Source: Candidatus Aenigmatarchaeota archaeon (GTDB taxonomy: Archaea > Aenigmatarchaeota > Aenigmatarchaeia > CG10238-14 > SpSt-28). From it: DNA of 64,000 bases. The translations under genes were made by a program, and so were the position numbers. The notes beneath the pieces are model-generated. The model was given only the letters and a program-made list of their open reading frames with translations. It searched no databases and was not told the DNA's origin. Positions 51,810 through 60,292 of the stretch are shown here, in pieces; the stretch's first letter is position 1; every line of letters starts with the position of its first letter. The stretch is taken from assembly GCA_039000985.1 (NCBI GenBank), contig JAWBMD010000002.1, positions 1 through 64,000 of the forward strand. The letters run 5' to 3'.

Positions 51810-52229
51810 ATGTTAGAACTTGAAGAAATAATAAAAGTCTTAGTAAGCTTAGTTTTAGCTTCCTTAATAGGAGTTGAAAGAGAAATGAGAAAAAAGCCAG
51901 CTGGTTTGAGAACTCATATATTAATAGCTGTTACTGCAACTCTTTACACCATAGTTTCAATTAAGTATTTCCCACAAGATAATGCGAGGATTATTTCAAA
52001 TATTTTAACAGGAATGGGTTTTATAGGAGCTGGTACAATTATTTCATCAAAAATTAAAGTTGTTGGTATTACAACAGCATCTACTCTTTGGTTCATAGCT
52101 AGTATTGGAGTTCTTGTTGGAGTAGGTTATTATTTATTAGCTTTATTTTCTGCTTTAATTGTTTTAATTATATTAATTGCTTTAAGAGATATAGAGAAAA
52201 ATATGATTGGTAGTAAACCTAAAAAATAG
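51810..52229 (+). CDS. MgtC/SapB family membrane protein
   Basis: IGVERE...KPAGLRTH, RIISNILTGMGFIGAG, and GITTASTLW. Confidence 0.92.
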   Translation: MLELEEIIKVLVSLVLASLIGVEREMRKKPAGLRTHILIAVTATLYTIVSIKYFPQDNARIISNILTGMGFIGAGTIISSKIKVVGITTASTLWFIASIGVLVGVGYYLLALFSALIVLIILIALRDIEKNMIGSKPKK

Positions 52230-53181
52230 AACTTTTAATTCTTTCAATAAATTTTTCATAATCTGATTCATTGTAAAAAGTAATAGCAGCTGCTTTTGGA
52301 TGCCCACCATATTTTGCTTCAATTCCCTTTAAAACTTTATTTAAAAAGCTATTCAAATTAATAATATTGCTTCTCAGTGAAACTTTTATTTTATTTTCAT
52401 GCTTTTGAGAAATTATAATTGTTTTATTTTTTATTTTCCTTGAAATAATTGTTGCTAAAGTTGATGTAAATCTGTATTTTGAAAAAATTTGATATAAAAC
52501 AAAATCCCCAAAAACTTCTTTGTTTTTTCTAAAATCTTTTATTAGCTTATCCAACTCTTTTTTGTACAAACTGTAAAAATAATTATATTCTTTAATTATT
52601 GAATCCATTGACCTATTTTTGACAATAAAATCTACAAGCTTTTCACATTCTTTTTTACCACTAATTACTTTAACGGAATCTATGATTAATGCAACTTTTC
52701 CTATTTTTGTTTTTTTCCAATTTTTTTCATTTATTTTAAAAGGTTTGAGTAAATCAAAACCCATATCACCAATAGTACCAGCTAAACTAATCCATTCATA
52801 TTTTTTATCAACAAGTGATTTAACCATATATGAGCAAGGTATGTATGCATTTGGGCTTTTTAATCTAGGATTTATGTATACTATATCTTCTGGATATTCT
52901 TTAACTGGATGATGATCTATTATCATACAACTATCAAACATTTCCAAAAAATCTTCCTTTACATCTCCAATATCTAAAAATATTACATTTCTATATTTTT
53001 TCGAAAGTCTTTCTATTCTTTCAGTATCATTTTCCAATCTAGATGCAATATTTTTAAATTTTTTTCTATTTTCAGAAAGTGCTATTGATATTAAAGAAGC
53101 TGAGCAAATGCCATCAACATCGAAATCATGAACAACCAAAAAATTATCTTTATTTTTTATGAATTCATAAAAAATTTTCAT
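52219..53181 (-). CDS. DHH/DHHA1 phosphoesterase (RecJ/NrnA-like)
   Basis: HDFDVDG, FLDIG, IIDHH, and GGHPKAA. Confidence 0.88.
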   Translation of the reverse strand: MKIFYEFIKNKDNFLVVHDFDVDGICSASLISIALSENRKKFKNIASRLENDTERIERLSKKYRNVIFLDIGDVKEDFLEMFDSCMIIDHHPVKEYPEDIVYINPRLKSPNAYIPCSYMVKSLVDKKYEWISLAGTIGDMGFDLLKPFKINEKNWKKTKIGKVALIIDSVKVISGKKECEKLVDFIVKNRSMDSIIKEYNYFYSLYKKELDKLIKDFRKNKEVFGDFVLYQIFSKYRFTSTLATIISRKIKNKTIIISQKHENKIKVSLRSNIINLNSFLNKVLKGIEAKYGGHPKAAAITFYNESDYEKFIERIKSSIF

Positions 53182-53801
53182 TGCTTTTCCTCTTTTAGTT
53201 TTTTAAGTGTTTCTTCATCAAGCAATAATAATGGTAATTCTTGTTTTGGTTGTGTTGATAAAAGATAGTAATATTCTAAAACTGCCATAATAGAATCTGC
53301 ATAGTGTAAAATCAAAGCTTCGAAAGTTTTTGGTTGAACTGTACCATGATTTCCAGCATGTGCAGCAACAGCATGAATTACCTCCTCTGGAAAATTTCTA
53401 AAATAAAGCTCTGAAGTAATTAATGCTGTATGATCTAAAGGAATGTTACTTGGTTCAAAACCAGTTTCACTTTTTTTATATTCATAAATTTTCATTAAAT
53501 CATGAATAAGTGCAGATGCTATTAAAACATCTTTATTAACTAATAAACCAAAATTTTTTTCCATTATTCTTGCTAACTCTATGCAAAGTTCTGTAACACT
53601 TATTGTATGCTTTAAAACATCTCTTTCAACAGCAACATTTCCACCTACTGAAAACAAAGTTTTGACCTCCTCTATATTTGATTTTTCGTATTTTTGAAAG
53701 TCTGGATGATGTAATGAAGGATCTTTTATTAATTCTATAACTTTTTTTCTAAGCTTTTCATCTTCTATTTTTTTGGCAAGCTCCAAAAGTTTGTCAATCA
53801 T
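53178..53801 (-). CDS. HD-domain phosphohydrolase
   Basis: LKHTISV...ALIHDLMK...DH...HAVAAH...LHYADS. Confidence 0.85.
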   Translation of the reverse strand: MIDKLLELAKKIEDEKLRKKVIELIKDPSLHHPDFQKYEKSNIEEVKTLFSVGGNVAVERDVLKHTISVTELCIELARIMEKNFGLLVNKDVLIASALIHDLMKIYEYKKSETGFEPSNIPLDHTALITSELYFRNFPEEVIHAVAAHAGNHGTVQPKTFEALILHYADSIMAVLEYYYLLSTQPKQELPLLLLDEETLKKLKEEKQ

Positions 53802-53833
53802 AATATTTAATTAAGTAATAAAATTAATTTAAA

Positions 53834-53905
53834 GCCTCCGTAGCTCAGCGGTAGAGCGACCGGCTGTTAACCGGCAGGTCGTGGGTTCAAGTCCCACCGG
53901 AGGCG
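53834..53905 (+). tRNA. tRNA-Asn (GTT), no encoded CCA
   Basis: Acceptor GCCTCCG/CGGAGGC, D arm GCTC/GAGC, anticodon arm CCGG-CTGTTAA-CCGG, T arm GTGGG-TTCAAGT-CCCAC. Confidence 0.97.
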
Positions 53906-53913
53906 AGTAGAAG

Positions 53914-54738
53914 TTACTTTTTCTTTCTTGATATAGCAACTGTTAAATCCTCTATTTTGTAAATAGATCCTGGCTCTGTTGAAAATTCTAACCTATTTTT
54001 TCCTTTAAGCAATTTACCAACGAAATCTATTGTTATGTTAACATATGATGGAGGAATTGTATCATAAATTTTTCCTCCGTTTAATCTAATATTTAACTTT
54101 CCTATCTTTTTCGATTCCTCGCTTACTCTAAATGAAATGAAAAGATTTTCAAACTTCTTAAAGTCTTCTTCATCCATATAAAATGAGAAATCCTTAAAAG
54201 ATTGGCCAGCATAGTTTATATAAATTTTGAAAGATAGTTCATAAAATGCTGACTGCCAAAACTTCCATGTTGGTATTTTTTCCATAGTTATTTCGATTTT
54301 ATTTTTTTCAGATAGCAAGCTTTTTGGTATTTCTAATAAATATGTACCTACATCAAAAACTTCATTAGCTACTTCATTACCATTTAATTTTATTATTAAC
54401 TTTCCTAATTTATTTGTTGAAGAAATTGTTATTTCTATGTTAGCATTTTTAGTCATTCCAAGCTTATCTGAGCTTATTTCAAAACTAAAACCTGCAAAAT
54501 TTTCTGAAAAAACTCCTTTTTCAACTTTTATGTTTTCTCTTTTTATTACAGTTTCTGTTCCTATTTGGTATGAAATCTCAAAATCTCCAAAATTAAAAAA
54601 CTTTATATTTTCTGCTATTGTTGCATTAGTTACATTAGTTTGATTCCCTTGATATTGATATACTATTATTATGCTCATTAAAACAAGACCTGCCATTAAT
54701 ATGAATACAAACTCATCTATTGGTTTTCTTTCAGCCAT
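53914..54738 (-). CDS. Membrane-anchored exported hypothetical protein
   Basis: Likely start MAERKP (ATG at 54738); N-terminal TM followed by two similar beta-rich halves (GKL.I.LNG...N...F/I). Confidence 0.7.
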   Translation of the reverse strand: MAERKPIDEFVFILMAGLVLMSIIIVYQYQGNQTNVTNATIAENIKFFNFGDFEISYQIGTETVIKRENIKVEKGVFSENFAGFSFEISSDKLGMTKNANIEITISSTNKLGKLIIKLNGNEVANEVFDVGTYLLEIPKSLLSEKNKIEITMEKIPTWKFWQSAFYELSFKIYINYAGQSFKDFSFYMDEEDFKKFENLFISFRVSEESKKIGKLNIRLNGGKIYDTIPPSYVNITIDFVGKLLKGKNRLEFSTEPGSIYKIEDLTVAISRKKK

Positions 54739-54770
54739 AATTAAGTTTTTGATTGAAAATATAAATATTT

Positions 54771-55292
54771 GTGGAAGTTTATGTTTTAAGGCTTTTTCAT
54801 AGGATAGAAAGGGATAAAAGAGTAACAACACATTGTGCATTAGTTTCGAGAGCTTTTTTGGCTAAGGAAATGTATTATTGCGGAGATAAAGATGAAAAAA
54901 TGGAGAAAAGCATAGAAAAGGTTAATAAAAACTTTGGCAGCAATTTTAAAGTTACTTATGTAAAAAGTTGGAAGGATTTAATAAAAACATTTGATGGATT
55001 AAAAGTTCATTTAACAATGTATGGAATTCCTTTAACAGAAAAAATTGATTTTATAAAATCTTTTAACAAAATATTAGTTGTGATTGGTTCAGAAAAAGTT
55101 CCAAAAGAGGTTTATGAAATTGTTGATTTAAATATTTCAATAACGAATCAACCACATTCTGAAGTAGCTGCTATAGCCATATTTTTGGATAGAATTTTTG
55201 AAGGAAAAGAATTTTATTCTGATTTTAAAAATGGTAAGCTTAGAATAGTTCCTAGTGAAAGAGGTAAAATTTTGGAAAAATGGAGTGGTTAA
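54771..55292 (+). CDS. trm56: tRNA (cytidine56-2'-O)-methyltransferase aTrm56
   Basis: VLRLFHRIERDKRVTTHCALVSRAF, VHLTMYG, VIGSEKVP, and NQPHSEVAA. Confidence 0.95.
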   Translation: MEVYVLRLFHRIERDKRVTTHCALVSRAFLAKEMYYCGDKDEKMEKSIEKVNKNFGSNFKVTYVKSWKDLIKTFDGLKVHLTMYGIPLTEKIDFIKSFNKILVVIGSEKVPKEVYEIVDLNISITNQPHSEVAAIAIFLDRIFEGKEFYSDFKNGKLRIVPSERGKILEKWSG

Positions 55293-55675
55293 TACCTTTA
55301 TCAGTTATTTTTTCTTTTATTTCTGTTGTACTAACAGTTGCAATAGCTATGAGAATTGCAAAGTTAAAGTTTTTATACATAGGTTTTTTAATAGCATCTC
55401 TTTTCTCATTTTTGACTTATTTTCTTTTTAATTTAATGATTTTTATAGTTTTGGGGGAATTACTTTTAGTGGTTAATTTATCTATTGTTTTGTACGATAG
55501 TGGAACAAGTTATTTTTTCTACGAAAGAAAATATAAGGAAATTAAGTCTATGATAGAAGTTTTGAAGGAAATGTTACTAAGAAGAGAAATTACAGAGGAA
55601 GAATTTTCTAAATTAAAAACAGAATTTGTTAAGGAAATTGTTAAAATTGAAGCAAAACTTAAAGAGATATCATAG
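55280..55675 (+). CDS. Small membrane protein with C-terminal SHOCT-like helical hairpin
   Basis: Three hydrophobic segments, then LKEMLLRREITEEEFSKLK. Confidence 0.7.
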   Translation: MEWLIPLSVIFSFISVVLTVAIAMRIAKLKFLYIGFLIASLFSFLTYFLFNLMIFIVLGELLLVVNLSIVLYDSGTSYFFYERKYKEIKSMIEVLKEMLLRREITEEEFSKLKTEFVKEIVKIEAKLKEIS

Positions 55676-56013
55676 GGTTACTTGTTTTTAAGAAGCCTAG
55701 CAGTTGAGCTATTGGGAGTGGTAGGCTGAGTGCGTCGGTCGAAACCTTCGCACGTACACCACCACCCCATCAACGCAATCGTCTATTGCCGCTCTTCATT
55801 CTTTATGGTGTTGCCACCATAAAGAAATGGTAGCCTATTTTCCCGGGCGGCTTCGTCCTTAGATGCCTTCAGGACTTATCCACTAGCACGTGGCTACCCG
55901 GCATGCAATTAACAGCCGGTACACCAGAGGTGCCGCACACCCGTTCCTTTCGTACTTGAGTGTGCTTCCGGTCAGGCTACCTGCACCCCCTGTAGATAGT
56001 GACCGAACTGTCT

Positions 56014-56083
56014 TTGTCGCCATATGAAACGACCAGCGCGATCACTTACTCATTATTTTCGTAAGTGGTGCGTTTCATATAGT
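56014..56083 (-). other. 23S intron (70 nt), ~E. coli 2597
   Basis: Interrupts CGUCGUG/AGACAG; 4-bp helix GUCG/CGAC with UGA and AAA bulges; internal hairpin. Confidence 0.85.
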
Positions 56084-56203
56084 CACGACGTTCTGAACCC
56101 AGCTAGCGTCGCCTTTTAATCAGTGGGCACCTGCACCCTTGGCCGCTGCTGCACGGCCAGGAGAGGCGGAGCCGACAACGACGCACCAACGCGCCGGGTC
56201 GAT

Positions 56204-56245
56204 TTATCCCATCACTATTGGGATTGTAGACCCCAGTAGAGATGT
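56204..56245 (-). other. 23S intron (42 nt), ~E. coli 2477
   Basis: Interrupts GUCCAC/AUCGAC; helix GUCC/GGAU with ACA and AAA bulges. Confidence 0.8.
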
Positions 56246-56253
56246 GTGGACTT

Positions 56254-56847
56254 TCACCGGCCACGGGCCCATTTTTGGGGATTAGCAAGACATTTTAATT
56301 TATTTTCCAGTTTTTTTCTCTTCAGGGGATGTGAAAAACCTATTATTTGGTTAAATTTTTCTATATTTTCTCTTCCATTTATAGGAAGAACCTTCACTCC
56401 CCATTTAAGATTCCAAATCTTGCCGGTTTTAATACCCAAATCTAAAAGAAGATTTTGACAAAGTCTAAGTAATTCTTCATTTTTATTCGATAGTGTTATC
56501 CTGTTTTTATTTTTTATTACACTACCTTCTGCATCAAATATTCCCCTTAGAAATGCGATTTTGACTTTTTGGTTCTCTTGGAGTAGCCAGTTAGATTTAC
56601 TTTTTAGTTCTTGTAATTTTTGGAAAATCTCTTTTGAGTATATTCGAAGTCTGAATATACCATTTTTATCTTTTCTCTTTTTTATTTTAGGTTCTATTTG
56701 AAATGAATTTTTAAAAGCTTTTGCTAGAATTTCTATCCACTCTTTGTTTTTTTGTTCAACTTCTATTAAGAACTCTCCAATTTCTGGTCTACTGTAGAAG
56801 TTTCCATCTTCTAATGCACCAAGAATGAATGCTATGTCTTCTAGCAT
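56254..56847 (-). CDS. Two-motif LAGLIDADG homing endonuclease (intron-encoded)
   Basis: IAFILGALEDGNF and KIAFLRGIFDAEGSV motifs, plus ITLSNKNEELL and KFNQIIGFSHP. The true start is MLEDIAF at 56847. Confidence 0.9.
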   Translation of the reverse strand: MLEDIAFILGALEDGNFYSRPEIGEFLIEVEQKNKEWIEILAKAFKNSFQIEPKIKKRKDKNGIFRLRIYSKEIFQKLQELKSKSNWLLQENQKVKIAFLRGIFDAEGSVIKNKNRITLSNKNEELLRLCQNLLLDLGIKTGKIWNLKWGVKVLPINGRENIEKFNQIIGFSHPLKRKKLENKLKCLANPQKWARGR

Positions 56848-56889
56848 AAATCTGTTTTTGTTTTTGTTATATTTAAGCCTTGCTAATCT
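56274..56889 (-). mobile_element. 23S intron (616 nt) carrying a homing endonuclease, ~E. coli 2449
   Basis: AT-rich insert in GGGGAU/AAUGGG; terminal stem GAUUAGCAAG/CUUGCUAAUC; relaxed BHB. Confidence 0.9.
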
Positions 56890-57032
56890 ATCCCCGAGGT
56901 AGCTTTTCCGATACCTGTAACCCCTATCGATAGGAGTTACAGTATCGCTAGCACACGCTTTCGCGGCTGGTTCCCTTGTGTTCGGGAACCAGTCAGCCCA
57001 GCTTTTGCGCTTACACTTTACCCCTGATTTCT

Positions 57033-57119
57033 TTCTGGTATTCAAAGGCTTTTTTCATAAGCTACCTCTTCTTTCATTAATCAATCTGGGGCAAAGTATT
57101 CATAAAAGCCTTTGAATAT
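57033..57119 (-). other. 23S intron (87 nt), helix 84 loop, ~E. coli 2306
   Basis: Interrupts CUGGUC/AGAAAUCAGG; helix CUGG/CCAG with UCA and AAA bulges; 15-bp stem. Confidence 0.88.
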
Positions 57120-57616
57120 GACCAGGGTAAGCTGAGCTTCGTGCTCCCCCGATATCTTTTCGAGGGAGTGCCGCCCCAGCCGAACTGCCCACCTAGTGCT
57201 GTCTCCTAACGGATAAGCCACATGAGTTCCGCTAGCTGGTGTTACACTTTCCTCTCGGCTTTGGCCGAAACCTACACCTAATAGCGAGTCCCAGCTACTC
57301 TATGTAGCAGAACTCATATGGCAACACCAGGCTGCAGTAAAGCTCTACGGGGTCTACATTTCCCACAGGGGGTCTCCAGTCTATTCACTGGAAAGACATT
57401 TTCACCGGGTTCATCCCAGGGACAGTGTCCAAGTCGTTAAGCCATTCAAGCGGGTCGCCAATTAAGCGACAAGGGATTACGCTACTTTACGACGGTCAGA
57501 GTTACCGCCGCCGTTTGCGAGGGCTTAGCCAGGTTGAAACCTGGTTTCACACACTCGCACTGGGCAGGCTTCAGAGACCGTACAAATCCTTTTCGAAGTA
57601 GCGGTCTCCTGCGTTT

Positions 57617-57687
57617 TTTAACCAAAAAGAGGAGAAAATAATTCAACAATCCAAGTAAGTAAACTTTAATACTTCTCCTCTTTTTGT
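57617..57687 (-). other. 23S intron (71 nt), ~E. coli 1784
   Basis: Interrupts UUUAACAA/AAAC; helix UAAC/GUUA with AAA bulges; stem CAAAAAGAGGAGAA/UUCUCCUCUUUUUG. Confidence 0.88.
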
Positions 57688-57808
57688 TTGTTAAACAGTC
57701 GCCTGGACCTTGTCACTGCGATCTGCAGTCCCACCCCAGTAGCTAGTTTTTCACTAACCACTGGTTAGAGACTGCAGACATCCCTTCTCCCTAAGTTACG
57801 GGACCAAT

Positions 57809-57938
57809 CTCGACTATTGTGAGGGTTTAAAAAAAATAAAAGTTAGTAGGCCGGGAATTATTTATAAAGTACTTAAACCTTTTCCTCCTTTTTTTCTTCT
57901 TTCTTCTTCTTCGGCATACTCCAATTCCCTCACAATAT
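57809..57938 (-). other. 23S intron (130 nt), ~E. coli 1677
   Basis: Interrupts CGGCAA/AUUGG; helix CGGC/GUCG with AAA and AGA bulges; stem UAUUGUGAGGG/CCCUCACAAUA. Confidence 0.88.
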
Positions 57939-58945
57939 TTGCCGAGTTCCCTTGGGACGATTCTCCCGACCCACCGTTCCCTTCTCAGGAACCCCACCTG
58001 TGTCGGTTCTCGGTACCTAGCTTGTGGATCGCTCCTGTTTTTCTTTTCAGGGGCTCCTCGAATTTCGGCGACTCTGCATACGCAGAGCTCATCACCCTTT
58101 CATCTACTTCTCCTCATTACGAGACTCCGTAGACTTATGGGTTTGACTTACGCGCCGATATCGAGAAGCGTCGAAAAACAGGCTTGTGTCACCACATCTA
58201 CCACAAGCGTACCGGAATATTAACCGGTTTCCCTAATCGGTGTTGTAGGTTAAACAACACCTTAGGGTAGGACTAACTGCTGGCTGATTTACATTGCCAG
58301 CAAACCCTTGGAGTTAAGGTGGCCGGGATTCCCACCCGGTTTTGCTGTTACTCATGGCAGGATCTGCATTCCAGGCAGGTCCATCAAAGTTTACACCTTG
58401 ACTTCTCTCCTACCTGGACGCCCCCCTACCTTATGGTATCCTTAACGATACCACAACCCATGTATCGGTATGGGGCTTAGTGCCTTCCATTTTCGGTGCA
58501 GAGCTTCTCGGCGGGTAAGTTATTACACACTTCTTAGCTGATGGCTACTTCTAGGCCCACAGCCCCGCTGTCTAAGAAGTTCCACTTCCTTCATCACTTA
58601 GCCCCAATTTAGGCACCTTAACATGGGTCTGGGTTGTCCCCCTTTCGGATAAGGAGCTTTCCCCCTTACCCTCACTCCCATCTTCTATGGTTGTTAAGGG
58701 TTCTGAGTTTGACAGGAGAACTGGGTCTTTCGACCCTTGGTCCTCCAATCAGTATCTTTACCCCTTAACAAACCTCAGATGGGGCTGAACTGTGGTCCAT
58801 TTCGGAGGGAACCAGCTATTGCCAGGTTCGTTAGGCTTTTCACCCCTATCCCTGGCTCACGTGAGGGATTGGGTCTCACCACCACTATCGGCCCTCCGTC
58901 CCTCGTTAGAGAGACTTCGGCCTGGCCAGGGATAGATCACCTGGC

Positions 58946-58976
58946 ATCCAGCTCTAGAAGTTATAACTTCTAGAGA
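58946..58976 (-). other. 23S mini-intron (31 nt), ~E. coli 676
   Basis: Interrupts GACCAGAA/GCCAGGUGAUC; helix CCAG/CUGG with AAU and AUG bulges; perfect hairpin. Confidence 0.82.
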
Positions 58977-59364
58977 TTCTGGTCTTATCCTAGTGATTTA
59001 GGCACTTTCATACCCAGCCCCACGCTCTTTCGAGCTACAGGCTTTTGCTTTCGCTACGGCTACATATCTTTCGATACTTAGCCTCACCACTGGGATAAAC
59101 TCCCTGCCCCATTCTACGAAACGGACGTACTGATGCTGAGCTTCTCACTCTTTCACACCAGTACTGACTATCCCCATATGGTTTCAGGCTCTTTTCACCG
59201 AGATTTCTCCCTGCTTTTCAGCTTTCTCTCACGATACTTAGTTCGCTATCGGACCCGGGACGTATTTAGAATTGGATGTCGATAACACCCAACTTCCCAC
59301 TCCATACTTATGGAATGGTACTCGGGAAATTCGCCATCTTCCTTCCAGCCCTTCTCCTACGGGA

Positions 59365-59393
59365 TTTGACTCTTACCATTTTTATGGTAAGAT
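59365..59393 (-). other. 23S mini-intron (29 nt), ~E. coli 333
   Basis: Interrupts GGUGAUAG/UCCCGUAG; helix UGAU/GUCA with AGA and AAU bulges; hairpin UCUUACCAU/AUGGUAAGA. Confidence 0.82.
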
Positions 59394-59954
59394 CTATCAC
59401 CCTCTATGGTGCTGCATTCCAGCAGACTTCGGATGAGCTGGTTAGGAAGGGCGCGAATTCCCATTAACTCCACATCTCCTTTGGTTTATCACCAAGGGAT
59501 TTGGTTTGTTCTGTGCCGGTTTCAGTCGCCCTTTACTCCCGGCATCTCTATTGATTTCTTTTCCTCCCCCTATTAAGATGCTTCAATTCGGGGGGTTCCC
59601 CTTCCTTACGGAATATGTCTCAACGACACAGGATTCCCATTCGGAAATCCTGGGATCAATGGTTGCATGCACTTACCCCAGGCTTTTCGCAGCTTGCTAC
59701 GTCCTTCTTCGGCGCCCGAGCCAAGCCATCCACCATATGGGTTCCCCTGCTAGGCTTCTTTTTACCAAGTAACCCTATGATATCTCATATTACGGTCTCA
59801 AAAAGACAGTTCGCTTATCATTTTTTCATATTGTTTTTCTTTCATCGACCTCGATATCAATCCTTAAGTGAATTCACTTAAGAATCTCATCAAACTGCTC
59901 AAAAGGTACCCACATCTTCATTAATCAGATGCCTTGTTTTCTTATTTCATCGCT

Positions 59955-59995
59955 AAAACTAAATATATATAAAACAAATATTTATAAATTTTAGT
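59955..59995. promoter_or_regulatory. Probable divergent TATA region for the 23S rRNA and the adjacent CDS
   Basis: AT-only tract aaatatatataaaacaaatatttataaatttt between the 23S leader and the ATG at 59996. Confidence 0.45.
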
Positions 59996-60292
59996 ATGGG
60001 TTTTCCCGAGTCAGTAATAACTAAAACAAAAAAAGGAAATTTAGAAGTTAGAAATCTTGTTGAAAGAGGTTTTTATGTAATTTATGACTATAGAGATTTA
60101 AATAATTTTGAAAGAAAAGAAAATAAGCAAAAAATAATTTTGAAAAATAGTAAAAAAGAAATAAAATCTTTTTTTATTTTTCCTTTGAAAGAGAAAGGAA
60201 AATTCTTGATTGTTGAAACAGAGAGTGATGTGAAGAACATTAAAGTTTGGAATGATAAACTAAAAAAAGAGGAAGATTTATTCAATGAGTGA
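59996..60292 (+). CDS. Hypothetical protein
   Basis: 98-aa ORF overlapping the start of the next gene; genome-typical composition. Confidence 0.6.
   Translation: MGFPESVITKTKKGNLEVRNLVERGFYVIYDYRDLNNFERKENKQKIILKNSKKEIKSFFIFPLKEKGKFLIVETESDVKNIKVWNDKLKKEEDLFNE

Larger units (their letters stand above)
55690..59760 (-). rRNA. rrl: 23S rRNA (archaeal), ~3.0 kb after removal of 8 introns; ends approximate
   Basis: GC-rich block with conserved 23S motifs on the minus strand (GGCAGUUCGGCUGGGGCGG, AAGUAGCGUAAUCCCUUGUC, AGUACGAAAGGAAC sarcin-ricin loop, GCUGGGUUCAGAACGUCGUG). The 5' and 3' ends are complementary. Confidence 0.97.

Noticed and set aside
55799..55826. Perfect 12-bp hairpin near the 23S 3' end as a ninth intron
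   Set aside because: It is GNRA-capped, lies in the variable helix-98 region and has no BHB geometry; more likely a retained expansion helix.
56848..57045. N-terminal 66 aa of the tracked 263-aa LAGLIDADG ORF
   Set aside because: It runs through rRNA exon and another intron; the real start is the ATG at 56847 inside the intron.
57939..59881. ORFs on the + strand within the GC-rich block (and short ORFs at 56103-56458)
   Set aside because: They overlap 23S rRNA sequence or the intron and are not protein-like.
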